Shown here: piece after piece, positions 1 through 12,580 of the stretch
Numbering within the stretch: the stretch's first letter is position 1
Layout of the letters: each line of letters begins with the position of its first letter
Assembly: GCA_964016885.1 (NCBI GenBank)
Contig: OZ024761.1
Coordinates: 10,664,001-10,728,000 of the forward strand
Source: Eledone cirrhosa
Lineage: Eukaryota
Direction of reading: 5' to 3'
DNA: 64,000 bases
Position numbers and translations under genes: made by a program
The notes under the pieces: model-generated
Databases searched by the model: none
Seen by the model: the letters and a program-made list of their open reading frames with translations, nothing else
What the model was told of the DNA's origin: nothing

Positions 1-724
1 ACCTTTTGTTTGGCAAGCTTTCTGAAGCTGGATGCCCCTCATAGTGGGTGCGTTTATAGTGTAGATATAAATATATTTATATCTACACTATAAGAAAACA
101 CAAGCTCATGTGAAAAATACTTTGTGCTAACTTTGACAGAGAAATGGTAATCTGATATTTTCCTCTCTAGCCATTTCTTTTACACAGTGTTGACAAGATG
201 TTCAGTGGTCATGCAGCAGCTATCTAAAGCTACCTACGTATTTATCTATCTATCTTCAGACAATAAATACAGCAACATTTACATTCAACACTTACATGGG
301 TTAGATGGGTTGTCTTGCTCTGAGGCTTGACAGCCAAGTTTCAGTTTATGAACATTTCCAGTGAAGAATGGCCTTCAGGAACGAATTAAGTTTGTGAACT
401 GAGGTTCCACTGTAATTTTGTGTGTGAGTGTGTATATATATAAATATATATATAATTTTGAGTATGTGTTGGTTGTTTACCGACCCTTCAGTATGCAGGT
501 TGGAGAACTCCACACTCTGGATCTGAACATATCAATGGATTAACAAAGTAAAATCTATTACATTATGTTTTCCTGCTCTTTCGGTTCAAGTTCTTACTGC
601 TTGATGAGGTCATAACTGTTGAATAATGGCTATCACTGAAATATATATAGCAGTGAATATGAATAAACGAAGCTAATTTTACCCTGTTGACTTACACTTC
701 TTGTTTTATATATATATATACACA

Positions 725-830
725 CAGTTGTCCCCCGGTATTCATGGGATTACATTCTCTGAGCACCCGTGAAGAGTGCAAAATTGCGAATATTGGACAT
801 GGTCTATAAAAATGCCTATAAACGTCAAAA
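725..830. mobile_element. Tc1/mariner-pogo (Tigger-like) MITE terminus
   Basis: CAGTTGTCCCCCGGTATTCATGGG...CCCGTGAA...GCGAATA resembles Tigger/MER2-type ends; the other end is not seen. Confidence 0.35.
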
Positions 831-1094
831 CATAATGTAAGATATAGGCTGGCAAATACAGTATATTGTTATTAATAATTTAGTGTTAAAAAACATGAAA
901 ATATACATATTGCCATGAAAAAAGCCATTAAAAAAATTGCAGAAGATATTTGCAATTCCACAAATAGGCAGTGTTTTCCACAAACAATTACTTGTTAGGT
1001 TCTAAGGAAAATTCCACAAATAACCGGGACTGCAAATGGCAGGGGTACACTGTATATTAGAGAAACATCCTAAATGCCAACTGATGTCTCTTAC

Positions 1095-4000
1095 CTTGAG
1101 TAAACCAGGATATTCTTCTGCAGGCAGTCCATAAAATTCGTCCACACCGTTTCCATAATAGAATGCTGGGAAATTGTTCTTAAGTTCATATTGTCCAGGT
1201 ATCTTGGCTTTGAAATAGCCAACACTGATCTTCAGTGGCTGTGTGAGGAGAATGGCAAGGGGGAGATAATCCAAATAGTGACAAACAGGTCATCATCAGC
1301 TTCATTATTGACATCACTGCCGTTCCATCACCAGCACCACAATCATTGCCAACACCATTATGATCACTATTATCATCAGTAACACTATTACTACCACCAC
1401 TATCATCATCACTCATCACTACCACCAAAATTACCATCACCATCACCACCATTATCACTACCACTTTCACCACCATAATTACCAACACCCAACATCACCA
1501 TCATCAACATCACCACCACTTCACCATCATTTCATCACCACCATCAATACCATCATACCTCAGATATTAATGAACCCCTGGCTTTCAGGTAGGTCCTGGT
1601 ACCAATATACCAGCTGAACCCTAGTGTTTACAAGCCCCAGGATATGGAGAGTGTGTGTGTGTGTGTGTGGGGGGGGGGGGGTACAGGTTATGAAGAATTC
1701 AGTAAATCTGTGGAAATACAAACCTTTATAGGAAAGTCAATACCTAATTGATTGAAATAGGTTCTGGTCCAGGCTCCCATGCACAGGACCACATTCCTTG
1801 ATTGGAATATTCCCTTGCTTGTGTACAGCTGAATAATGTGTCCGGGTTCCACACGTAATACAGGAGTTCCATCAATGATTTTACCTCCAAGTTTCTTGAA
1901 TTGACTCTGAAGAAAACATAATTGTTTCTTAATAGAAATAGAAGCTTTCGCTGTATTTTTTGTTACTAAAGAAATTTTAGCCTGATAATGGGGTTTAGAA
2001 CACTCTAAGAACTGGAAAAAGATGAGTATTGACGTACTTGGGAGTTGAACCAACATCTTTGGTTATCTTGTCCACTGTGTTACCATAATACCAACACATC
2101 ACCCATTTCCTTCTATTCAAATTAGAAGCCACATTCTTAACTAGTATAATGACAAGTAAGAATGTTTTTGAAATTAGAAATAGAAGTTTTTGCTGTATTT
2201 TTGATTAAAGAAATTTTAGCCTGATAGTGGGGTTTAGAACCCTCAGAGAAATGAAAAAAGATGAGTATTGACGTACATAGGAGTTGAACCCTGGAATTGA
2301 CAAGGATGCCCTACAAACCTTAATAGGAAACAAAAACTGTTGTGCTTACTGTTTCTCCAGAGGGCGATGGATTAGAAGACAGAGTTTAGATACCAGCGTA
2401 CCATAGCAAGACACTGGAATTGACAAGGATGCTCTACAAACCTTAATAGGAAACAAAAACTGTTGGTATGAAGTTGTGCTTGCTTTCTCACATAAGGGCA
2501 ATGGATATATATCATCATCGTTTAACATCCATCTTCCACGCTAGCATGGGTTAGACGGTTTTGTTCCATTTGATGCAGGATTGGTTGGGAGACTGTGTCT
2601 CGCTCATGCGGAAGTGTTTCTGGCAGGTTTTCTACTGCTGGATGCATGCCCTTCCTAACACCAACCACATTTACAATGTGGACAGGGGGCTTTTTTACTG
2701 TTTCTCCTACACAACCACTTTATATATTGGCAGTGGTTTTCATTGAAAATATGATAATGGAATGTATTGCAGTGGACCTCAGATCTTACCTGGTATGTCA
2801 TAACGGCTCGGTCAGCCATCAGAATTCCTCCCTCTCGGTCAATGAGTGCTTTAGAACCATCTGGAACTTTGATGTTGAATTCTTTGAGTAGGCGGTCAGT
2901 TGAGATGTCTTCATAAGTCATCTTGTAACGAATCAACACCTTCTTCACAGTGTCCAGGTAGTTACTGTCCTTGGTGGACATCACAAGCAACTGGCTCTTC
3001 CTGAGAAAATATATATCGAGTATTGGATGGATGTAGTGGTAGTAATGTTGGTGGTAGTAGTGATTATAGTGGTGTTAGTAATGGTGGTGGTGGCTGTAGT
3101 GATTGTAGTGGTGGTGGTGGTGCTATTGATAGTAGTAGAAGTTGTGATAGCTGAAGGTGGTTTGTTGGAGAGGATAGTGCAGGTGTTGCTCAGAGCTGTA
3201 GAGCAGGTAGCCAAATGAAGATAAACAATAAGAAGGTAAAAGGTGTCCTTACTTGTAGAGTTGTGTTTGTGATTCTCTCTCTAGCTGTTCCCACATGGGG
3301 TAGGCTTCTATCATCATCTCAGCAAAGATCTCCTGGAGATAGGCTTTCCTGGTGATCCGACTCTGACCATGGGAACTGCCTCTGCTGTGGGGCAGGGGAA
3401 ACTGAAAAAAAGGAATGCAATATATCATCATTGTCATCACTGTTTAACATCCATTTTTCCATACTAGCATGGTTATATATATATATCATCATCATCATTT
3501 TACATCCGCTTTTCCCTGCTTGCAAGGGTGGGACGGGAACTGATTCTGGCTTGATTTCTACAGCTGGATGCCCTTCCTAACACCAACCTCATTTACAGTG
3601 AGTGCTGGGTGCTTTTTTGCCATGGCACCTCCACGACAGCTGCCGATTATTGAGTCGGGTAGGATCGATATAGATCGAACCTTGAGCTGATCAGTGGCGA
3701 AACGCGCGTCACCTATCAAAAAATGCAATGAAGGAATAATCAATCGTCCTTGTTATCCTTTCAATATATATATATATACACAAGCACACACATACATATA
3801 TATATATGCAATATGCAAACATATATAAATATGAAGTGTCCACTGTTTGAAAACCAGGATGACCACATTTCAGGCTAATACTTGATGTGTGATGAGGTGT
3901 AGAGTGATACATGTGTATATATATATAGTAAGGATGTATAGTTTTAATGGTAAGCTCAAACGTTAAATGATGATGATGCTTATATACATACAAAGGCATA

Positions 4001-4314
4001 CACATATATACATAAATACATCCTTGACGACTGCAACTCGATTTTGAGTAATGTTGCCGACAACCCAACCATGTACAGGTTGTACTGGGTTACATGTTAC
4101 CAATAGCTGAAGAGTAACTGAACAAAACCAAAAACTCAATGAAAAGTTCAAATATTTATAGAATTAAAAAGAAGAAAATGAAAATATTTGTGTGAAAATT
4201 GTTTACCTGTTCCAGTAGTAAAGTTCTGTAGCCATTTTTCTGTAAATAATGTGCCGTAGAAGAGCCATTTATACCGGCACCTACAACTATAGCATCATAC
4301 TGTATAGCTGCCAT
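1095..4314 (-). CDS. PIPOX: Peroxisomal sarcosine/L-pipecolate oxidase-like gene, copy A, coding exons 1-5 (4314-4207, 3401-3253, 3000-2790, 1906-1724, 1238-1095); 3' exons presumably lie left of the window
   Basis: Exon 1 encodes [36 protein letters not shown] (FAD-binding GxGxxG). Exon 2 encodes [21 protein letters not shown]. Later exons give VVLCMGAW and [14 protein letters not shown]. All junctions are GT-AG and in phase (108/149/211/183/144 nt). Confidence 0.92.
3485..3640 (-). mobile_element. SINE 3' portion with Meta-like domain and RTE-derived (GAT)n tail
   Basis: Contains ggttggtgttaggaagggcatccagctgtagaaa. The tail matches the RTE 3' end at 17648-17695. Related copies lie at about 2510-2700, 4480-4640, 8190-8450 and 13250-13500. 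Confidence 0.7.
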
Positions 4315-4479
4315 AGTTCACTGATACTAACAAACTAGCTTTGCCTATCTCTTTCTCTCTGTACCGCACTCTCTGGCATGCCCTATTTCTCTTTATCCAT
4401 CTCTCCTTTATCCTTTCGCTATCTCTATATCTTTCTCTTATCTTTCTTTTTCCCTCTGTACACTCTCCCCCATATATAT

Positions 4480-4794
4480 ATCATCATCATCATTTTACGT
4501 CCGCTTTTCGTTGCTTGCAAGGGTGGAACGGGAACTGATTCTGGCTTGATTTCTACAGCTGGATGCCCTTCCTAACACCAACCTCATTTACAGTGAGTGC
4601 TGGGTGCTTTTTTGCCGTGGTACCTCCACGACCACTTTGCAGTCCCTATCATCTCATTTCTACAGCTGAGTAAACTGGAGCAATGTGAAATAAAGTGTCT
4701 TGCTCAAGGAAACAACACATCACCCAGTCTGAGAATTGAACTCACAACCTTTCGATTGCAAGCCCAATGCTCTAACCACTAAGCCATGTAGGGC

Positions 4795-4795
<1 letters not shown>
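4480..4795 (-). mobile_element. tRNA-derived SINE (head with B-box, Meta-like body, RTE tail)
   Basis: The minus strand begins atggcttagtggttagagcattgggcttgcaatcgaaaggttgtgagttcaattctc (tRNA A/B boxes) and ends in gatgatgatg. Confidence 0.75.
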
Positions 4796-4867
<72 letters not shown>

Positions 4868-5164
4868 TAAAACAACATTTTATTGTGTTATATTGATTTT
4901 GATATGCTTTTGGTAAACCCTTTGTGATTGGCCAAAGGGTTGGTGAATTGGAGTCAAAACTCCTCTCTTAAAATGGTTGCCCTATTTTCGATATAACACT
5001 GGGCAACAACAAAAAATTTTTCTCTGGTGCCTGGAATATTTCAACGAATTCTTAAGTGATTTTGCCTAAAAAATAACTTCAGTTTTTCTCTATCAGCTTT
5101 AGTTTTCTGGCTAGACCTGATAGAGTAAGTATTTTATTCATACAAGAGGCATATAATTATTATA

Positions 5165-6240
5165 ATAATGGTTTCTTATATAGGCGCAAGGCTAGCAATT
5201 TTGGGGGAGGGGAAAGTCGATTAAATCTACCCCAGTGCGTGACTAGTACTTTATTTTTTCGATCCCGTAAGGATGAAAGGCAAAGTTAACCTCAGCGGGA
5301 TTTGAACTCAGATCATAAAGGACCGTAACTTTATGCTGCAAAGTATGGCGTCTGACCCTCTACATATACTGCCAATCCACCGCCCTCATATAATTATTAT
5401 AATAATAATAATGATTTCTACTATAGGCATCAGGCCAGTAATTTAAGGGGAGGAGGAAAGTCGATTAAATTGACCCCAGTGCATTACTGGTGCTTTATTT
5501 TATCGAACCCGTTAGGATGAAAGGCGAAGCTAACCTTGGCAGGATTTGAACTTAGAACATAAAAGGCCATAACTCTGTCGTCAACCATGTTGCCCGACGC
5601 TCTACTGATTCTGACAATCCACCTCCCTCAAATCATTGTTTTTGTTGTTGTAAAATACTAAATATTGGGGTCAATATACTCACTAACTCCTCCCTCAAAA
5701 TTTTTGCCCTATTTTAGATATAATTGTTTCTACTTTTGGCACAATGCCAGTAATTACGGCCAGTACATTACTGGTATTTTATTTTATTGACCCCGTAAAG
5801 ATGAAAGGCAAAGTTAACCTGGTGGGATTTGAACTCAGAACATAAAGGGCAATAACTCAATACTGCAAAGCATGGTGTCTGACGCTTTACCGATACTGCC
5901 AATCCAAATAATAATTATTTTTAATTTAGGCACAAGGCCAGCAATTTGGGGAGGAGGGGGTCGATTAAATCGACTCCAGTGCATTACTGGTACTTTATTT
6001 TATCAACCCCATAAGGATGAAGGGCAAAGCTAACCTCGGCAGGATTTGAACTCAGATCATAAAGGGGCATAACCCATGCCATAAAGCATATTGTCTGATG
6101 CTCCTCCGATACTGAATACTACTACTATTAATAATAATTATTTCTACCTTTTGCACAAGGCCAGCAATTACCCCAGTGCATAACTGGTATTTTATTTTGT
6201 CGACCCCTTGTAAGGATGAAAGGTAAAGTTAACCTCGATG
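5165..6240 (-). mobile_element. Head-to-tail cluster of about 5 tRNA-derived SINEs with a Deu/Nin-like central domain
   Basis: A repeated unit of about 230 bp contains gagttcaaatcc (B box), gcctttcatcc..cggggtcgataaaataaagtaccag and ATT tails. Further copies lie at 6368-6520, 10665-10890(+), 15290-15960 (x3), 19805-19860(+) and 30070-30235(+). Confidence 0.8.
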
Positions 6241-6287
6241 GGAGCTCCAAGGGCTTGCATATAGAAATAGAGTAAGCATAAATCTTT

Positions 6288-7068
6288 TAATAATAATAAT
6301 AATCAAATTATTGTGTACAGTGCTTAGGTGCACTCAACTCATCAAAGGCACATGTATAGTACATAGAATAATTGTTTCCACTGTTTGGCACAAGGCCAGC
6401 AATTATCTCAGTATATTACTGGTACTTTATTTTATCGACCTCGTAAGGATGAAAGGCAAAGTTAACCTCGGCGGGATTTCAACTCAGGACGTAAAGGGGA
6501 GTAACTCTGCTGCAAAGCATGTACAAATGTCAGGAAAGTGAACAGTGTATGAGTCATGATATACATGTGTGCATGTGTATGGAGGGGGGATATCAGGTGT
6601 AGTGTTGGCGGATTTCAGGAAGCATGGAGGTTTTAAAGGATGCAGTGTCTCGACAGCTAACAACTAATGCAGGTAGTTTGTTCCATGGAGGTTTTAAAGG
6701 ATGCAGTGTCTCGACAGCTAACAACTAGTGCAGGTAGTTTGTCCCATGGAGGTTTTAAAGGAAGCAGTGTTTCAGCACCTAACAACTAATGCAGGTAGTT
6801 TGTCCCATGGAGGTTTTAAAGGATGCAGTGTCTCGACAGCTAACAACTAATGCAGGTAGTTTGTTCCATGCTTCAGCAATGAGTGTGAAAAAATGTTTCT
6901 GATAGTCATGGGAGCTGTGCTGTTTTCTGACTTTGTAGGCATGTCCACATCTGTTAGACTCATGGAAATCAAAAAGGTGCTCAGGGCTGGAAATCAATAA
7001 GGTGCACAGGGTTGTAGAAATCAAAAAGGTGCTTAAGGTTGTGGAAATCAAAAAGGTACTCAGGGTTG
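6288..7068 (-). mobile_element. CR1/L2-type LINE 3' fragment with (TAT)n tail, interrupted by a SINE and internal tandem duplications
   Basis: Translates to HLFDFHESNRCGHAYKVRKQHSSHDYQKHFFTLIAEAWNKLP (CR1-type ORF2 C-terminus). The same family occurs at 11110-11318(+) and 28945-29597(+). Confidence 0.75.
6623..6866. repeat. Four tandem 61-bp repeats within the LINE fragment
   Basis: Unit catggaggttttaaaggatgcagtgtctcgacagctaacaactaatgcaggtagtttgttc starts at 6623, 6684, 6745 and 6806. Confidence 0.9.
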
Positions 7069-7176
7069 AAAAAAAATATGGAATGCTTCACAAATTTGCT
7101 TCATCCTTGTGCAGGGGTCATGCTAATATTCTCTGTATCATTCCAATTTTAGTATATGTACTGCCGAAGCAAGTGC
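7069..7176 (-). pseudogene. RNU6: Full-length U6 snRNA retrocopy
   Basis: Minus strand reads gcacttgcttcggcagtacatatactaaaattggaatgatacagagaatattagcatgacccctgcacaaggatgaagcaaatttgtgaagcattccatatttttttt. The ACAGAGA box and AGC triad are present. It has several CpG-type transitions and a small deletion relative to metazoan U6, and no TATA box near -30. Confidence 0.92.
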
Positions 7177-8154
7177 ATGCAACGCTTACATGATAAGAGT
7201 TACAATACATGGCTACACAAAGTTATATTAAATAAGAGGCCAAGGTTGTTACATTATAGTACAATATTAGATTAAAACATGAGTATTTTGATACCACTTT
7301 AGTTTATCTAGCCAGGCTGGAAGTGGAGGGGTGTGTGTAGGGCAAAGGTGGCTTTCCTTTCCCCACTCAACCTACCTCCACCCCTTGGCCTCCATTCAAT
7401 TCATCTCCATCCTCTGCTGGAATTTGATCTTCACAGACACAAAGTGAAAAACAAAACACCACCACCCTAAAGCGTATACACACATATACACACACATACA
7501 CACACACACACAAACATATACACACATACATACACACACATGTACATACACACGTACACACACACACAAATATATAAACACAAATACACACACACATACA
7601 AACAGATATATACACACACACATACATACATGCACAGATATATTCTCTCCAACCACAACCCTCACCCTTTTTTACAGCCCCTCACACAGCCAGCAAATCA
7701 CTTTGTTTTTGTGGAGCCAAGATTCTGCCATCCACCCCCTTCCTTCCACCCACTCCCCCAGAATCCATCCCCACCTCACCACATTATCACCACCACCACC
7801 AGCTTCCACCCTTGGCCCTCCAGAACTATCCAACCAATGATCTTCAGCACCATCATCACTCTTCAAAAACCCTTCACTGTTTGGTTGGTACCACCACCCC
7901 TTTCACATTTCCACCCACCCACACCACCACCACCCCACCTGGTGTATATGTCACGTATCCAGACTATCTACAAGATGTAGCTGAGAGAAGTGACACAGAT
8001 AAAGAAAAAGAAACTCAGCTGTACATTATTTTGTCAACCCAGTATTTGACTGGTACATTATTTTATCAACCCTATATTTTTACAGCTACTTTGGCATTTG
8101 AAATTATTTCAATTTTATGAAAGTTTTTATACACGCATCACTCCAATCATGTTT

Positions 8155-8186
<32 letters not shown>

Positions 8187-9318
8187 TATCGTCACTGTTT
8201 TACGTCCATTCTTTCATGCTAGCATGGGTTAGACAGGTTGTCCTGTTGTGGGAAATGCCAGGTCATGTGACCATGTCTTGCTCATACAGAACTGATTTTG
8301 GCTTGGTTTCTACAGCTGGATGCCCTTCTTAACACCAACCGCATTTACAGTGAGTACTGGGTGCTTTTTACTGTGTGCCTACACAACCACTTTACAGTAT
8401 GTACTGGGTGCTTTTTTCTTGTGACACCTACATGACCACTTTACAGTGGGACAGGGTAAGGGCATATTGTCTATATGCTTCAGCTTCAGCTTGTAGGCAT
8501 GGGAAATATATATGTATATGCGTGTGATGTTTTTTTATGTGAATCAGTATCTTATAACTAAACACAAAGATTAATACTAACATCCATTTGTTGTTGTGGT
8601 AAGCTACAGAGTGCTTAAATTTGCATTAAGTTGTTGATAGAGTAACCTCCCCTTAATATATAATGCAGTGTCAAGGGAGGCAATTCATAAAAATTCCTAG
8701 TGTGCTAAATGTTAAGAAAGAGAAATCAAAGTTTCAGTTCAAAAGACTTTATTCATAATCATACATTATACGTGTTATCTATTTCATTAAATCCCTCCGG
8801 ATTCTTGATTATTTTCACAAACTGATTTGGTAGAAACAAATAGAAGTTACACAATTAACCCTTTTGATAAAAATTACCGCTGGTTGTATGATACAAAGCT
8901 GTTTATTTTAACCCAAAGCTGTGTATTTTCACGGTAAAGGCTTTGTCTCACAATTATTTCAAATAATATTGAATCTATGAGATTTTGATATTATTTATTT
9001 TGAGAACAATACCTTAACATAAGTATGAGTGCCTAGTTACAGCCGGTTTGAACAGAAAGAGGGGTGAGAATTCTGGCTGGATATGCCTGGTTTAAATGCT
9101 AATGGTTTAAAGTATTCATATTTATCTAAAAACCTTCCATAATGATTTTACAAGGAGCCTTTGTTGTGTTATGTTCCAAACACCAGATTAATAACGAGAA
9201 AATTAGTTACGTTACTAAACACTTACAAATTCTTGATTATTTTCAAAAGGATTTGAAAATCATAGGTAGTGTCTTTCATTAGAAATATGGTAATGAAAGT
9301 GTTAGAGAGCTCATATAT

Positions 9319-9371
<53 letters not shown>

Positions 9372-9517
9372 TATAATTACAACAGTAAGGTAAACAGGTA
9401 CTCAAGTTTCGTTGGGTTCTGGGTTCAACTCATTCAGCCTGTCATGAGAAAAATAAAAACTGGCTGAGTGAATTGGGGCCCAGAACCCAACAACGCTTTC
9501 AGTATATATATATATAT

Positions 9518-10149
9518 ATATAAGTATGTATACGTACATACATATATGTATACAGACGTACAGTAGTATGTATATATACATACATGCACACATATATATA
9601 TATGTACGTATGGATTCACCGAACATTTATTATAATGCTCGATGTGTTTGTAAACAAACATCCCGTATTAAGCCGTACAGTGTCTAGCAACCATCGTTGC
9701 TCATTTGTTCAACACTGACAAAGGAATGCTGTACTAGTTTCAAGCTTATTAGCTATTGTCAGCAATGTATACCTTCCTGCCAGATGATTGAACGTCTGAA
9801 AGTATATACTTTCCTTATGCATATTAACGGCTGAGCAGCCTAATTTGCATATCGGCCGGGGTACCGAAAACGATAAACGGAAAAAAATGAAACAAAATTT
9901 CATTTCTCACTTTTAGTACGGCTGTTACTTAAATATAAGTATGTATACATACATACATATATATATATACAGACGTACAGTAGTATGTATATATATATAC
10001 ATACATGCACACATATATATATGTATGTATGGATTCACCGAACATTTATAATGCTCGGTGTGTTTGTAAACAAACATCCCGTATTAAGCCGTACAGTGTC
10101 TAGCAACCATCGTTGCTCATTTGTTCAACACTGACAAAGGAACGCTGTA
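9518..10149. repeat. Direct repeat of about 220 bp (9518-9733 and 9932-10149)
   Basis: tataagtatgtatac...gattcaccgaacattta...aacactgacaaaggaa-gctgta occurs twice. Confidence 0.8.
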
Positions 10150-10372
10150 ATAAACTTTCATAATTTTATGTAAATCTTTTTTGATTTATGATTATTTTGA
10201 AAATTATTTTAAAAACATTAGCAATGTCTTTCATTAGAAATATGGTAATAAAAAGCTTGTTCAATCAGTTTGAGGTCCAATCATGACCACCACCAATAAA
10301 AATATAATTAACTAAAGTAGTTTTAATCAGTAGACATGTTAATGTCTTTTAATACTTCTTTCCTCTTTGAAA

Positions 10373-12508
10373 TTATAGCAAAGATTTTCTGGAAAATCGA
10401 TCCAGATGGAAGTGGCTCATGTCATATGAAGGTTTTCTGTTCATGACCATATCCCCAAGGATTTTCCCTGTCACAGGGGCCAACTTGAAACCGTGTCCTG
10501 CAAGTTAAAAATAATGATAATGTTATTCAAGAACCTTTGTTGAGTTATGTTCCAAATGCTAACTTACATCTTTTGATACCAAACTACCTGAAACCATCCC
10601 AGTTCTAAATAGAAAACTGTTTGCTTTTAAAATATTTATATCTATCTGAAAACTTACCATTACGAGGGCAGTGGATAGTTAGTAATTGGTAGAGCATCAG
10701 ACAACATCCTTTGTGGCATATAGTTATGTCCCATTATGTTCTGAGTTTGAATCCCGCCAAAGTTAGCTTTGCCTTTCATCCTTATGGGGGTCAATAAAAT
10801 AAAGTACCAGTAACATACTGGGGTCGATTTAATTGACTTTTCCCTCCCCCAAATTTGTTGGCCTTGTGTCTAAATCAGAAACCATTATAATTTTATGTAA
10901 AAACCTTTATGTTATGTTCCAAGCATTCTGTCTGTCTAATTCGGTAGTGTATCACGACATGCAGTGTATCAGTACAGCGCCCTCTATAATTCTATCAAGA
11001 GTTATAGCTCCTTAGCATGGCCTGACATAAATTGCATGGTTAACCCTTTAGTATTTACATTACTCTATATTTACTATTATATTTTCATGGTAATGGTTTT
11101 TATAGAGACATTGCATCCTTTAAAACCTCCATGCTTCCTGAGATTCGCCAACACTACACCTAATATTCTCCCCCCATACATACGCACACATGTATATCAT
11201 GACTCATACACTACTCACTTCCCTGACATTTGTATATTATTCTATGTACTATACATGCACCTTTGACGAGTTGTAGTGCACCTGAGCACTGTACACAATA
11301 ATTTCATTATTATTATTAATATCGAATCTATGAGACTTTGATATTATCTATTTTGAGAACAATACCTTAACATAAGTATGAGTGGCCAGTTACAGCCAGT
11401 TTGAATAGAAAGAGGTGAGAGAATTCTGGCCAGATACGGCCAGTTTAAATGCTAAAGGGTTAATATGTTTTACCTGAGAATCCAGCAGCCAAAATAATGT
11501 TCTGGAACTTTGGATGTCTGTCTAAGACAAACAATTCATCGGGGGTCATCTGAAAATATAGATGAAAAATCGGTGGTTGTAGTGGTTGTATAGTGTTGGT
11601 GGTGATGGTGGAAGTGGTGGTATAGCGTTGGTAGTGGTGATGGTGGTGGTGGTGGTGGTGATGGTGATATTGGTGATGGATGTGGTATAGTGTTGGTGAT
11701 GGTAGTGATGGTGGTGGTGGTGATGTTGATGGTGGTGGGTATATGGTGGGGGTTGATTTATGAGAGTGTTAGTCATCAGGCTGTGGCCATGCTGGAGGCA
11801 AAAAACTTATAAAAGAATCCTTACTGTATAAATGCATGATTCAAGAATACTTGGCTCGGGTTGAAGTCCTGGGAAGGATTCCTCAATCACTCGTTTACAT
11901 TTTGCCAATACCCAATCAGAGTTCACCTCATCTCGTTGGTCAGGTGAAATTTCGGGGCCTCGATGTAAACAGAACTACAAAAGAATAATGTATATCTCAT
12001 ATAAAATAATACAGCCAATTATCCACACAATACAATATAGTTAGCACTCCAAACGTTTAATTGGGAATATACTCCAGTATTTCCTAATGTTTGTTGAGTG
12101 AGTTGGAAATTGGTCAGAGTATCGTTATTAGCTTTCTCCGTTTATGTAATTATATATTATATATATATATATATATATATTCAATCATTATACTAAAAGC
12201 TTATCATTTAAGCAGGCAGTATAATTGATTTAGGTGTCGCAGAAACCCTATACTGGATTATACCATCTTTTTCAGGGTCCGGGTAAATATTGCAATTATT
12301 TTTTTGGACCTGTTTGGCTTGCCTTGTCTTTTTGGCTTAGGTGGTTGATGGCTTCTTGACCGCCATCTCAGTTTGTTTGGCCTTTATAACCTATGTTTAT
12401 TGCTCTGGTCTTTATTTGGTCCATGGAGCGCTTGCCAGCATAACTTGGATATTGCGTTTCGCTTTGTTTTCGACCACAGCTGAAATTCGATCTTGCTGAA
12501 ATTATATT

Positions 12509-12543
<35 letters not shown>

Positions 12544-12549
12544 TTATAA

Positions 12550-12580
<31 letters not shown>

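Noticed and set aside
1186-1617. His/Thr/Val-rich ORFs (also 2981-3218 and 11546-11776)
   Set aside because: They are intronic (CAC/CAT)n trinucleotide repeats inside the PIPOX genes.
6623-6866. CRISPR-like regular repeats
   Set aside because: There are no unique spacers and no cas genes; the units are LINE sequence in a eukaryotic context.
7069-7176. Functional U6 gene
   Set aside because: Substitutions and a deletion in conserved positions, no TATA near -30 and fusion to a LINE all point to a retrocopy.
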